Virus record (IMG/VR): IMGVR_UViG_3300038492_000288 | Location: 1-38,030 of that record | Reading direction: 5' to 3' (one strand) | Length of the DNA: 38,030 nt | From: a virus | Lineage: Duplodnaviria; Caudoviricetes | Shown: positions 23,908-33,344 of the stretch, piece by piece | How the letters are laid out: each line of letters starts with the position of its first letter | Position numbering within the stretch: position 1 is the first letter of the stretch | Position numbers and translations under genes: made by a program | The notes under the pieces: generated by a model | What the model was told of the DNA's origin: nothing | Seen by the model: only the letters and a program-made list of their open reading frames with translations | The model's database searches: none

Positions 23908-24230
23908 TGTTCCTGCATCCGCACTGTAATCATGTAGGTGCCGTCAACCAGCACATTCCTCGATGGCCTTCCTTCGAACACGTAGGTGGACGTGGATCCA
24001 TCGCCGTCATATGTGAACGTGAACGGGACACCGCTGTTCGCCTCGTAGAACGTGTTCACCGACGCCCATCCTACAGCATCCGAGATGATCACGACATTGA
24101 TACGCTTCTTTTCGCTGCCGCCAAAGATGCGAACGTGTGGTTTGCCGTTTGCCGAGTAGTCGACTCTGTGGTCGCCCTGGATCTCGATTTGCGTGACTCG
24201 GGTCTGTTCAAGTGCCGGGAATGTAGCCAT
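23904..24230 (-). CDS. Distal tail (lambda gpM/Dit-like) protein, copy 1
   Basis: 108 aa; FY....G.PFTF pattern. Confidence 0.65.
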   Translation of the reverse strand: MATFPALEQTRVTQIEIQGDHRVDYSANGKPHVRIFGGSEKKRINVVIISDAVGWASVNTFYEANSGVPFTFTYDGDGSTSTYVFEGRPSRNVLVDGTYMITVRMQEQ

Positions 24231-24320
24231 GTGGTTTGTCTTCTGTAGTGGTTTGTGTCAGTCTTTGTTCCGCACTCAAACGTTCCTCGTTTGACTGTGA
24301 ACTCCATGTTCTACCTGTGA

Positions 24321-24345
24321 TGCCCGAGTTCGCTCGGGCATTTTT
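24321..24345 (+). terminator. Plus-strand intrinsic terminator inside the minus-strand tail operon
   Basis: TGCCCGAG-TTCG-CTCGGGCA followed by TTTTT. Confidence 0.65.
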
Positions 24346-24862
24346 AGTTGTTGTACCTGCCGTCATCGCGCCTGATTACAACTGAGCCCAGTGGGAAGAT
24401 GTACGTTCCCGGCCCGTCCATGTAGGTAAAACCTGAATCCTCATCAGCATACTTGTTCGGTGAGAGGTACCGCATCCGGTCAATCACCACGTTCACTGTG
24501 TTGCCGTCCATGTCGATGTCACTGACGAATCCTATCATGAGCGTCTTGCCGAGTGTCGGCGTGCTTTTGTCGCTGATGATGATCTCGCACGGGCACTCGG
24601 CTGCGTCCACTCCTTGGAAGATGGCCTGATAGGTCTGATCGATGGCCTGGAACGTGATCGTGACCGGGTTCATCTGATTGTTCTCCCATGAGAACTGGGA
24701 AAGGTTGAAGTCTGCCTCGGTGTACGTCTCGCTGTCATAGTCCTGCGTGTCACCGTCAGTGATCCTGAAATCGAGAGGCGCTGAGAACTTGATGTAGAAG
24801 AACGGCTCTGTGATTTGGCCCATGAAAGCCGTCAACAGGCCCGCTGGTATGACTCTAGACAC
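24344..24862 (-). CDS. Minor tail/hub protein (gpL-like)
   Basis: 172 aa, directly after the tape measure; beta-rich. Confidence 0.6.
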   Translation of the reverse strand: MSRVIPAGLLTAFMGQITEPFFYIKFSAPLDFRITDGDTQDYDSETYTEADFNLSQFSWENNQMNPVTITFQAIDQTYQAIFQGVDAAECPCEIIISDKSTPTLGKTLMIGFVSDIDMDGNTVNVVIDRMRYLSPNKYADEDSGFTYMDGPGTYIFPLGSVVIRRDDGRYNN

Positions 24863-27800
24863 CTACTTCTCCTCCTGCGCCACCCCATCGAACAGTGACT
24901 GGTGTGTTTGCTGCTCTGATCATCAGCTCTGCGGACTTACGCACGCGTCTGGATCCGATGTCGAATCGATCACCTGCAACCACTATCGCGCCTGTGGCAT
25001 CCGTGAACTGTCCGGCAGCGTCTTGGAATATACCGAACTGCTCTTCAAACTGAGTACCGATCTGCTCGGCCACGGATGTTACCTCCGCGTCGATTTGATC
25101 AAGCCTGTTCTGGCCAGCCTGGTTAACCGATGTCAGGAATTCTTCAATGTTCGGGAATCGGATTGCCAGTTCTTCGTCTGTGAGAATGCCTGCAGACTGT
25201 GAAACCAGAGCGTTGATCTGCTCAACCAATCGATTGACTTCTTCCTCAGTGCCTGCGCTCTGGATCTGCTGTGCCAGCGCCTCGGCCTGGAGAGTCAATC
25301 GCTCGAACCGTTCATCATGGCCAAGCGTTCGGAGTCTCAGCTGCTCGATGTTCTGCTCTGTGGTCTGCTCGATGGCTCTGCGCACTGACTCGATAGATGC
25401 CAGCGTTTGAACGACTGACTGGTTGAATGACTGTGTGCCTCTGGCCAGCTGGTTCATCGCCTCGATGCTGCCATCGAAGTTCATGACAAGATCCGTCAGC
25501 GCATCTGCCTGCGCCTGTGTTCTCTGCAGTGTTGAGAATTCGGCTTCTTCGCGCAGTCGTGCCCATTCCTGCAGTGGATCAACATCGATCTGCTCGATCA
25601 GCGTCAACGCGGCACCCAGTGCATTCATCTTTTCTTCGAGCCCATCAAACGACGAGGTCAGAACTTGTACGCGTGGATCCAGATTGGAAATGATCGCATC
25701 AAGGACAGGCTCGAGGAATTTGCCATTCTCGACTTCGTCCACATCGATGTTAAAGCTGCGGCCTCTCAGTGAATCAACCACGGCTCTCTCTGTCTCGGCG
25801 TCCAGAATGCCTGCCAGTGACGAGAAGAACGTACGCGTGAGCTGTTCAGCCTGTGGTTGCAGCTGTTCGAAGAATGCTGCATTCCTGTCAAAGATCAGCG
25901 TCTCGAGGCCGAGTGCGTTGTTGAAGATGGAAGGGCGGCCGCCGCGACCAAACGCATCAATCGCATCAGATCCAAAAACAAGCTCTGAATCCCTCGGAAC
26001 CCGATCACTGTCTGTTCCAACCAGACCGCCCAGTGCGCCACCAATAAGACTGCCTATTGCTGTACCCAATGGGCCGAATGTGGAACCAAGAGCGCCGCCG
26101 ATCGCACCGCCGATTGTGGAACCTAAAGGATTGCCACCAGTAATCCCACCAGCGATTCCACCAAGCTGTGCGCCTTGACCCAAAGCACCGAAGAGTTCGG
26201 CAGCGCCTTGGTTGTTCCCAAACAATCCACCGAGTGTCTCCTGCAATCCCTCGGAGGATCGCAGCATCTCGCTGATTGCTGATGTGTATTTGCTTGGAAC
26301 TGCCCGCAGGAAGTTGTCGAACCCTTCAAGGCCTTGTCGAGCCGAGTTCTCCATGGTCTCACCGAGAGTGTCGACGGCCTGGATGCCTGCCTCGAACTGC
26401 TCCAGCATGCTCTCTGTTGCTTCGGTCACTTCTTCAGTGGCCGGCGCTAATTCGCCGTAGACTTCATCCAGCGCTGTCACCTTGGCGATGTAGTCACCGA
26501 GTGTGATTTCTCCGGCTTCAAACTGTTCTGTCAGGATCTGGTAGGCGCGTTTGATCGTCTGGAGCTCCCGCTCAGACTCTGACAGCGATTCGATCAATGC
26601 CTTGGCTGATTCGGTCAGCTTGTCGACCTGTTCGCCTGTGGTACCAACAACGCCTCCGACTTCCTCGATGCTCGGTGTTGTGTCCTCGAGCTGCTGTTTC
26701 AGCTCTTCCAGAACCTTCACTTCCTTGTCGATCTCGGCATTCAGCGACTTGATCTCGCGCTCCATGTCGCGAATTGCGCCGCCTGTGATTCGTTCGCTCT
26801 GCCTGGACAGGCCTTCGATGGTCTTTTCCAGCTCCGCGACCTGCACTTTCATCGATTCAATCAGCCGTGTCTGCGCTGAGACGGCTGTAACGATGTCATT
26901 CTGTGCGATGGCCTGCGTAAACTCCTGTTGTGCAGTTGTGGCCGATTCTACGGCCTCTGTGTAGACGTTGATGTTGTCGCTTGCGGCGTAGAGAGCACCG
27001 CCCAGAGACGCAGCAAGGCCGATAATCAGCGAAAGTGGCCCGCCCATCGTCTTCAACACCAAACTCAGCGCCTTGGCCGTTGTGGTGAGGTTTCTGAAAC
27101 CTGTAATCACTGCTGCAAGGAGTTTTCCTGCGATCAGAGCAGTAAATGCGCCGATGATCAGATCCAAGTTCTCAACGACCACAGCGATGCCGTTGGCAAA
27201 TTTCGTCACCGCATCTGATTCGCGCAGCCTGGTTAAAAATTCATTGAAGGTTGGCAGCAGTTTCCCGGTCAGCGTGATCACCACGCCCTGGAACTGTGCT
27301 TTCAGGTTTGTGATTTCCTGATTGAACTGCGCTGACTGTCTGGCCACGTCACCACTGATGACGGCACCAAACTCCTCGGCTTGGTTCATGGCGGCTTCGA
27401 TGCCAGCCACGCCATCGTTCATTAATTGCAGAAGTTTGACGCCTTCGGTATCGAAGAGGGAGAACGCCAAGCGCACGCGTTCGCCTTGCTGCGGGATTCC
27501 TTCCATTGCCCGGGCGATCTCGAGGAATTGATCTTCAGGCGCAAGCGCGGCCAGTTCCTTCGCTTCGACTCCGAGAGCCTCGAGCGCTTTCGCTGCCGTT
27601 CCCTTGCCTGTGCTGGCCACCTCGTTGAGGCGTCGGGTCATCCTCTGCAGGCCGACCTCGAGCGACTTCACCGGGACGTTCGCGCCCTCGGCTGCAAATG
27701 CTAGTTTGCTGAAGCCTTCGGCGCTGATTCCTAGTCTGCGTGTGAGTTTTTCGAGATTGTCAGCTGTATCAATCGTCGACTTGACCAGCGTGGTCATGCC

Positions 27801-27983
27801 TCCGACTGCTGTGATTGCTACAGCGCCGATGGTTTTGAATGCGCGTGAGATGTTCTGTTCGATCTTCCTGGCAGCGCGTTTCGTCTCACGATCTGCGAGA
27901 CGATACGCTTTGCCAAGGTCTTTCTCGAACTGGGCGGTTTTACCGCCTATGTTAATCGCTAGTGTACCCAGTCCCACTGTCAT
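24855..27983 (-). CDS. Tape measure protein
   Basis: 1042 aa, Ala/Gly-rich and helical; LGTLAINIGG.T..F N-terminus; follows the chaperones. Confidence 0.93.
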   Translation of the reverse strand: MTVGLGTLAINIGGKTAQFEKDLGKAYRLADRETKRAARKIEQNISRAFKTIGAVAITAVGGMTTLVKSTIDTADNLEKLTRRLGISAEGFSKLAFAAEGANVPVKSLEVGLQRMTRRLNEVASTGKGTAAKALEALGVEAKELAALAPEDQFLEIARAMEGIPQQGERVRLAFSLFDTEGVKLLQLMNDGVAGIEAAMNQAEEFGAVISGDVARQSAQFNQEITNLKAQFQGVVITLTGKLLPTFNEFLTRLRESDAVTKFANGIAVVVENLDLIIGAFTALIAGKLLAAVITGFRNLTTTAKALSLVLKTMGGPLSLIIGLAASLGGALYAASDNINVYTEAVESATTAQQEFTQAIAQNDIVTAVSAQTRLIESMKVQVAELEKTIEGLSRQSERITGGAIRDMEREIKSLNAEIDKEVKVLEELKQQLEDTTPSIEEVGGVVGTTGEQVDKLTESAKALIESLSESERELQTIKRAYQILTEQFEAGEITLGDYIAKVTALDEVYGELAPATEEVTEATESMLEQFEAGIQAVDTLGETMENSARQGLEGFDNFLRAVPSKYTSAISEMLRSSEGLQETLGGLFGNNQGAAELFGALGQGAQLGGIAGGITGGNPLGSTIGGAIGGALGSTFGPLGTAIGSLIGGALGGLVGTDSDRVPRDSELVFGSDAIDAFGRGGRPSIFNNALGLETLIFDRNAAFFEQLQPQAEQLTRTFFSSLAGILDAETERAVVDSLRGRSFNIDVDEVENGKFLEPVLDAIISNLDPRVQVLTSSFDGLEEKMNALGAALTLIEQIDVDPLQEWARLREEAEFSTLQRTQAQADALTDLVMNFDGSIEAMNQLARGTQSFNQSVVQTLASIESVRRAIEQTTEQNIEQLRLRTLGHDERFERLTLQAEALAQQIQSAGTEEEVNRLVEQINALVSQSAGILTDEELAIRFPNIEEFLTSVNQAGQNRLDQIDAEVTSVAEQIGTQFEEQFGIFQDAAGQFTDATGAIVVAGDRFDIGSRRVRKSAELMIRAANTPVTVRWGGAGGEVGV

Positions 27984-28317
27984 CGGTTTGTCCTTGCGTA
28001 GCGTTATGGGCCTGTGCCCAATTCAACCACATTTGCGCCTCTTGCTCGGGTGAACGCTCGACGCTCTGGTGGTACAGCATGAACTCGGTGACTTTGAACG
28101 GGTTTGGTCTACTCTTCTTGTTGCGATTAATGTTCGCAAGGGTTGAGAGCAGCTGCCCTGACCGGATGTCTGCAGCCATTTCTCCAAACGGCTTGTGTGC
28201 CATCATCTTGCGCCAGTCCATGTACTGTCTGGTCGTCAAGGTGTCCAGCATGTAATCCGGGTGAGGGAAGCCGAGAGCGAGACACAGAAAAAAGTCTATG
28301 TCTCGCTGTCCTTTCCC
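27952..28317 (-). CDS. Tail assembly chaperone GT extension (-1 frameshift product)
   Basis: The -1 frame is open from the GGGAAAG site: GQRDIDFFLCLALGFPHPDYMLDTLTTRQYMDW...PFGE. Confidence 0.8.
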   Translation of the reverse strand, partial: GKGQRDIDFFLCLALGFPHPDYMLDTLTTRQYMDWRKMMAHKPFGEMAADIRSGQLLSTLANINRNKKSRPNPFKVTEFMLYHQSVERSPEQEAQMWLNWAQAHNATQGQTDDSGTGYTSD

Positions 28318-28664
28318 GGCTCTTCCTCGTCTTCAGAGTCCTCGAGGGTGATCTTGTTGAATTTCTCAATTTCAGCAAGGATCTCGTTGACGTCCTCGAT
28401 CTTCATCTTGGCGACGTCATTGGCTTTCAGAAACGGCTCGTGCGTGTCTGGATCCACAATGCTGTACGGAATCAAAACGTTCAAGTTGTAGCGCGACAGA
28501 CCTTCCAGATCGAACTTGCCGTCCTTCATGGCCATTTGCAGCTTCTGATGTGAGACTGCTGCGCTCATTTCCTGAATCGTGACTTCCAGTTCGCTGGTCT
28601 TCGTTTCGAACGTGTGCAGTCGCTTCGCTTTGATCGCGTCCAGATTGGCTTTTGAGAGTTTCAT
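28296..28664 (-). CDS. Tail assembly chaperone G
   Basis: Between tail tube and tape measure; carries the slippery site. Confidence 0.8.
   Translation of the reverse strand: MKLSKANLDAIKAKRLHTFETKTSELEVTIQEMSAAVSHQKLQMAMKDGKFDLEGLSRYNLNVLIPYSIVDPDTHEPFLKANDVAKMKIEDVNEILAEIEKFNKITLEDSEDEEEPGKDSET
28311..28317 (-). promoter_or_regulatory. Programmed -1 frameshift slippery site G GGA AAG
   Basis: Same heptamer as lambda G/GT, in the correct phase, four codons before the stop. Confidence 0.85.
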
Positions 28665-28676
28665 TCGGATCTCCTG

Positions 28677-29111
28677 TTACTCGGTACCCTGTGTGATGGC
28701 TCCCGTAACCTTCAGGGTAACATTTGCCCGAGCTGCATCATCCGTCGAGAAATTCCACTCGAACGCTTCCACGTTCGCGGCGAAATCAAGAACAATGATT
28801 GAGGCATCTGCCGTTGCAGCATCCGGCAAGCGGATACGGAAGTTTTTGGAATCGGTGCCGGCCGCCAACGTCAGCAGTTCCTGATGTCTTGCATGCTCGG
28901 GATCCCAGACGATTTCGAATGTCGCCTGACCGTAGTCCTGGATACCCTGCAAGAATCGACGAGCTGTGTCGTTCAGTGCGGTGATCTCGATCTGTGTGGC
29001 TGTGGTACCACCCGGACTGAGATTGTTGACGCCTGGAATCAGAAGGTAGGAACCCGGAGTGCCGGAGTCCTCCATCTGGAACTGTACGCCCTTGGTATGA
29101 AATTCTGACAT
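28677..29111 (-). CDS. Major tail tube protein
   Basis: IEITALND...F.QG.QDYG..TF...WDP and LKVTG. Confidence 0.88.
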   Translation of the reverse strand: MSEFHTKGVQFQMEDSGTPGSYLLIPGVNNLSPGGTTATQIEITALNDTARRFLQGIQDYGQATFEIVWDPEHARHQELLTLAAGTDSKNFRIRLPDAATADASIIVLDFAANVEAFEWNFSTDDAARANVTLKVTGAITQGTE

Positions 29112-29113
29112 GA

Positions 29114-29482
29114 CTATGTCCTCCTAACGAATAAAAGCATCACAATGATCAACCTCGGTTGTCTTGAATCCGGGTCATACACTTCTTCTGAGAACTCCAC
29201 GTTGCCCATGTCTTTCAGAGCGTTGACGACCTCCACACCGATGGTTTCGCATTGAGGGAAATCGTCGCTATAAACGTCCAGTCGTACCCTGTGACGTACG
29301 AGGCTGGTCGCGTCATCGAGAGCGTTCTCTGGCGTGGCGATGTCCACGTGGTATTGCACGCGTGTGTCGTTTGTTCCAGAGGCAGCTCTGCCATGATAGA
29401 TGTTGTCAGCGCCCACAATCGCTGTCAGCGCGGCATGGCCGACAAGCGCGTCATAAATGACTTGTGATTTAGCGATTGGCAT
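29114..29482 (-). CDS. Tail terminator (DUF3168-like)
   Basis: IYDAL....LTAIVG..IY and R.RLDVY. Confidence 0.75.
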   Translation of the reverse strand: MPIAKSQVIYDALVGHAALTAIVGADNIYHGRAASGTNDTRVQYHVDIATPENALDDATSLVRHRVRLDVYSDDFPQCETIGVEVVNALKDMGNVEFSEEVYDPDSRQPRLIIVMLLFVRRT

Positions 29483-29864
29483 CTGACACCTTTTTCTTTA
29501 ATACCTCGACTGCACGTGAAAGCGCAGCCTCCTTTTGTGCTTCGAAGGCCTTGCCCATGAAGCCGATGCCGTCGAGTTTATCAGATCCGAACTCTTGCCA
29601 GAACCAGTAGAAGGCTTTCTTCTTCACGTACACCTGGATCAAGACATCATAGTCTCCGGTCTTTCTGGCATTGCGGCGAGAGATTGACGCTTCCATATCA
29701 CCCGAGTCTCGACGTTCGCGTGATCGGATCTTCGCGTCCTTGACGAATGGCAGGCCTGCGGCCATGAGTGCGGATTTGAGAATCTTGTCCTGCAGTTCAA
29801 ATGTGAACTTGCGCATGTTGCGCTCGAGCTCCCGCAGACCCTCGACTTGTCTAACTGGGGGCAT
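29469..29864 (-). CDS. HK97 gp10-like neck/tail component
   Basis: VEGLREL, SGDM.ASI, FYW...EFG, FM..AF. Confidence 0.85.
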   Translation of the reverse strand: MPPVRQVEGLRELERNMRKFTFELQDKILKSALMAAGLPFVKDAKIRSRERRDSGDMEASISRRNARKTGDYDVLIQVYVKKKAFYWFWQEFGSDKLDGIGFMGKAFEAQKEAALSRAVEVLKKKVSDANR

Positions 29865-30198
29865 CGGAATCTCTCACGGGCTCACAGATGATGACCACTT
29901 CACGGTTCACATCGTACAGCTTCCGCACGGATTCGATCTGGTAGATCACCGATGTGTGTTCGAATCGGATCTGGTCTTCTGTGGTGATTTCGTATCCGGG
30001 ATACCGGACATTGACCTCGAACGTGTCATTTTGATAGTGGCGGTCTTCGTTGAATGCTGAAGTACCACCCAGTGGTTTGATTGAAGCCCGGAGAGGTGTC
30101 GGATTTGCCGCGTGCGTGACCTTCACAAACCCGGATGCATCCTTGGCTTCTGTTGGCTGTAACACTGAAATCTGGTGACGACGCTTTCCGGGCTGCAT
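29851..30198 (-). CDS. Head closure protein (SPP1 gp16-like)
   Basis: Start re-called at MQPGKRRHQI; RY...IT...I.F....YQI.SV. Confidence 0.82.
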   Translation of the reverse strand: MQPGKRRHQISVLQPTEAKDASGFVKVTHAANPTPLRASIKPLGGTSAFNEDRHYQNDTFEVNVRYPGYEITTEDQIRFEHTSVIYQIESVRKLYDVNREVVIICEPVRDSDAPS

Positions 30199-30202
30199 AT
30201 CA

Positions 30203-30367
30203 CTAGCCTTTCTTTGTGTCGGACTTCTTCGCGCCTGGGTCGGAGGTTTCCTTGCAGTAACCGTCTGCAATGAGCCCTCTGGCAATGATCGGATCGATGT
30301 TCTTCACATCGCCTTTGTTGCCACCGCCACCAGCGCGGAATCCGGTCTTAATGAATTTTACCCACAT
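30203..30367 (-). CDS. Small head-associated protein (54 aa, absent from the ORF track)
   Basis: Read by hand, MWVKFIKTG...GDVKNID...ARGLIADGYCKE; GAGGAG SD. Confidence 0.7.
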   Translation of the reverse strand: MWVKFIKTGFRAGGGGNKGDVKNIDPIIARGLIADGYCKETSDPGAKKSDTKKG

Positions 30368-30378
30368 GTTCTCTCTCC

Positions 30379-30942
30379 TCAGAGGTATGGTTTCATGGAA
30401 TAAAGGCCACGGATCGAATCAAGGTGTGGATTGTCTTCCAGCTTGACGGGAACCTGGCCTTCGCGATTTTCGTAGAGGTCGGTGCAAACCATCTTGATCG
30501 CGTTGAGGAGAGGTTTCGGGATGTTTGCGACTGGCCATCCGGCTGTGTATTCAACCTCGATGGGCTCTCTCCGATCACTTGAGATCGTTGGCAGCGAGAT
30601 GTTCGGTTTGACCATCAACTGCGTGTGCTTGTCGAATTTGATGATCTCATAGTTGTTTACATCGAGAGTCTGCTGGACATCGTCCTCGTCCCAGTATCGA
30701 ATCTCGACGATTGCGGTTGCTGGCCCTCTCATAAACGTGGTTTTCAACGGCCACTGGCTGTAAGAACGCACCCACGTTTGCTCGGGTATGCTGATGTAGA
30801 GTTCTTCCTCTAGCAGCTCTGTTGCCGTCAGGACGAACCCGTCAATCATGGAGTCATCGAGGCTTGTGTCGACGTACAGATGTTTTTTGGCATCTGCAGT
30901 CGACACTGCCTGATCTCCGGGTGTCAGAAGAACCAAAGACAT
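30379..30942 (-). CDS. Head-tail connector/adaptor (HK97 gp6 / phiE125 gp8-like)
   Basis: VS..DAK.HL.VD...DD.MI; Y.AG...IP.PL..AI......YENRE. Confidence 0.88.
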   Translation of the reverse strand: MSLVLLTPGDQAVSTADAKKHLYVDTSLDDSMIDGFVLTATELLEEELYISIPEQTWVRSYSQWPLKTTFMRGPATAIVEIRYWDEDDVQQTLDVNNYEIIKFDKHTQLMVKPNISLPTISSDRREPIEVEYTAGWPVANIPKPLLNAIKMVCTDLYENREGQVPVKLEDNPHLDSIRGLYSMKPYL

Positions 30943-30945
30943 CGG

Positions 30946-31239
30946 TTACGAGGCCTTCTTGGTGGTCTTCTTGAGGTGGCGATTCATTCGCTTGATGCGA
31001 CGTGCCTCGCCTGCTTTCACAGCCTTTGCAGTGGCTGCTTTGCCTTTCTTGTAGGCGTCGACCTCGGTCTTCTTGAGTTCGGCCTTCGCCTCCATGAGTT
31101 GAGTTTCTGCCTCGACAGGCTCACGCGCATACCCTCTTTCCTTGAAGCGCTCTGCTTCTTTTTCATCATCGAAGGTGCACGGATCCCCGGCAACATATGA
31201 CACGCCCTCTTTGACCATTGGTGTGGTCATGATGAGCAT
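30946..31239 (-). CDS. Small head-associated protein with basic tail
   Basis: AGD...FDD..EAERF...GYA; follows the capsid gene; start uncertain. Confidence 0.65.
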   Translation of the reverse strand: MLIMTTPMVKEGVSYVAGDPCTFDDEKEAERFKERGYAREPVEAETQLMEAKAELKKTEVDAYKKGKAATAKAVKAGEARRIKRMNRHLKKTTKKAS

Positions 31240-31330
31240 GATTGCGACTTTCTTCTTTCCGCCCATTTTGATTGCGGTGACCATTGCTGGCCACCGCCCT
31301 ACTGTTGTCCGGGCAAGGGTTCGCGTTGGC

Positions 31331-32542
31331 TTACGCCTGCTGCAGCACCTTGATCGGGTTGGTTCCGGCGTCCAGAAGTTCAGAATCCTGACGCATGAAG
31401 GCGATGAAGCCCACCTGACCGTAGTCGGCGTACCGCTCCGTCAGTCGCAGGACGAAGATGCCCTGAACGTCTCGGATGTAGTACTTCTTGTGCTGACCGA
31501 AGGAGATGGTCTTGTTGCCAGTGGCGATGTTGGCCATGTGGTCGTTGATAGCGTACTGGTACCCGCTGATCGTGTCACCGACTCCGGCCTGGACACTTGG
31601 TTGCCACAGTGGTCGACCTTCGCTGTCCTTCAGCTTGCGCAGTGCCAGCAGAACGCTGTCATTGAACATGAAGGTCGCGCCCTTGCGGTAAGGTGCGATG
31701 ACACTGTGTTCCAGCTCCAGCAGCTCGTCATGAGTGAAGGCTGTAGCACTGGCTGCGGTAACACCCACAGTCGCGGCTGTGATCACACCGTTTGGCTGGC
31801 CTGTGCCAGTACCAGTGGTGTTCAAGCGGTTGGTGATTCGAGCCAGTCGCAGACCGAGCTTTTCAGGTACCAGCGAGTCGATTGAAAACGCAGAGTCCTG
31901 AAGCAGTTCGAATGGAACCTTGACGATCTTGGAGCTGAACTTGTACGCGTCCAGTGAAGCGTTGCTGAACACCAGATCCTGCTCTGCAGCCTGTGCGTTC
32001 TCGCCCAGCAGTTCACCTTCCTGCGATGTGTCGTTTTCAGTCGGCATCTGCAGGTTGGCGCCCGTTGAGGTGCGGATCACTGTTGCCAGCTCACGGACAC
32101 CGTTATGGCTGTCCAGTGCGCTTTCCAGAGTGTTCATGAACTCAGGCGCTACAAGGAAGCCGCCTTCAGAGTTGGTACCAGTGGACTGCGCGTTGCGCGG
32201 GTCACCATGCTGCAACATGGCCTGTTGCTCGGGATTCAGCTTGTCGAAGCCGTGACGGATGTACGAGTCGTACGCCTGGTTCCAAGCGTCGACCTTTTCG
32301 GTCATCTCGTCAGCGTGCACGCCCTGATTGGCGGCTGCTTCCTGAATGTTGGCATCCTGAGTGATCTCGAGCTGTTCGAGTCGCTCGAGGTTCTTGATGT
32401 CGAGTTCCATGCGGTCGATTTCGTCCAGCATGTTGTCAAACTGCTGGCTCTCCTCGGCCGTCATGACGTCATTGGCGGTCAGCTTCTGTGCCTGTGTAAC
32501 CAGTGCTGCTCTGGCTTCCCGCATTTTGAGGATCTTGCTCAT
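31331..32542 (-). CDS. Major capsid protein, HK97 fold with delta domain
   Basis: GGFLV..EF, ELLQDS, LRKLKD..GRPLWQ, GQVGF....R.D. Confidence 0.96.
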   Translation of the reverse strand: MSKILKMREARAALVTQAQKLTANDVMTAEESQQFDNMLDEIDRMELDIKNLERLEQLEITQDANIQEAAANQGVHADEMTEKVDAWNQAYDSYIRHGFDKLNPEQQAMLQHGDPRNAQSTGTNSEGGFLVAPEFMNTLESALDSHNGVRELATVIRTSTGANLQMPTENDTSQEGELLGENAQAAEQDLVFSNASLDAYKFSSKIVKVPFELLQDSAFSIDSLVPEKLGLRLARITNRLNTTGTGTGQPNGVITAATVGVTAASATAFTHDELLELEHSVIAPYRKGATFMFNDSVLLALRKLKDSEGRPLWQPSVQAGVGDTISGYQYAINDHMANIATGNKTISFGQHKKYYIRDVQGIFVLRLTERYADYGQVGFIAFMRQDSELLDAGTNPIKVLQQA

Positions 32543-32588
32543 GATTTAACCTCCAGTGGGTTGGTTGCGATTATAGCGGGAAGTGCCG

Positions 32589-33344
32589 CTATCGATTCAG
32601 CAGGTTGCGTTCGGCCAGTGCCAGCTTTGCACGCATCGTTGCTGTGTTCGGTGGTAAGTGTACATCAGGCGCAGGCTCTTTACACTTCAGCGCCTCCGGT
32701 ACATTCTTGTACTCGGACAGATCGAACTCATTTTCAGGTTCGTCTGCGGTGTCTGCACCTGCTTCCTCATCGACAAATCCTTTCTCGATGCAGTCTTCGC
32801 AAGTGAGCCAGGTTTCGTCCTTCATCATCTGAAGGAGTTCGTCCACTGGGATGTCTGTCTTGTCGTGATAGACACCTGCAATGGTGTTGTTCATATCCTT
32901 CAGGAGAGACGCTGTCTTCTCCAGATCCTCGGCGCGGCCATATGCCCACGTCCATGCTTCGTGAATCATGAAGAACGCATGCTTCGCCATGATCACCTTG
33001 TCAGCTGACAGCGCAATCACGGTTGCAATCGATGCACACAGGCCTTGGATGTTGACCGTAACGTGTGCTTCGTGCTGCTTGAGCGCGTTCATCATTGCCA
33101 CACCATCGAAAACTGAACCGCCTGGACAGTTGAGGTGGATGGTGATGTTCTTGGATTCGATCTTGTTCAGATCCTGCACAAAATCGTTTGCGGTGATGCC
33201 CCAGTACCCGATCTCGTCATAGATGAAGATCTCGGTTGTGTCGGACTCTTCTGCCTTGGCCTTGATTGAATACCACGGCAGCGCGTTTTCTGGCCGTTGC
33301 TCCTGACCGTCAGGAGTGGCGCGATTAATCGGTCTGATTTTCAT
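32589..33344 (-). CDS. ClpP-type prohead protease
   Basis: IYDEIG.WG, LNCPGGSVFDG, CASIATVI, FMIH, ETWL. Confidence 0.93.
   Translation of the reverse strand: MKIRPINRATPDGQEQRPENALPWYSIKAKAEESDTTEIFIYDEIGYWGITANDFVQDLNKIESKNITIHLNCPGGSVFDGVAMMNALKQHEAHVTVNIQGLCASIATVIALSADKVIMAKHAFFMIHEAWTWAYGRAEDLEKTASLLKDMNNTIAGVYHDKTDIPVDELLQMMKDETWLTCEDCIEKGFVDEEAGADTADEPENEFDLSEYKNVPEALKCKEPAPDVHLPPNTATMRAKLALAERNLLNR

Noticed and set aside
24089-24307. 72-aa ORF in the tail operon
   Set aside because: Overlaps the Dit-like gene out of frame by about 140 nt and has no motif; treated as probably non-coding, though not excluded.
26010-26200. Gly-rich GGAIGG repeats resembling a glycine-zipper toxin
   Set aside because: A common internal feature of tape measure proteins.
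31264-31297. Hairpin after the capsid gene (GCGGTGGCCA-GCAA-TGGTCACCGC) as a terminator
   Set aside because: No U-tract; probably an ordinary mRNA-stabilising stem.
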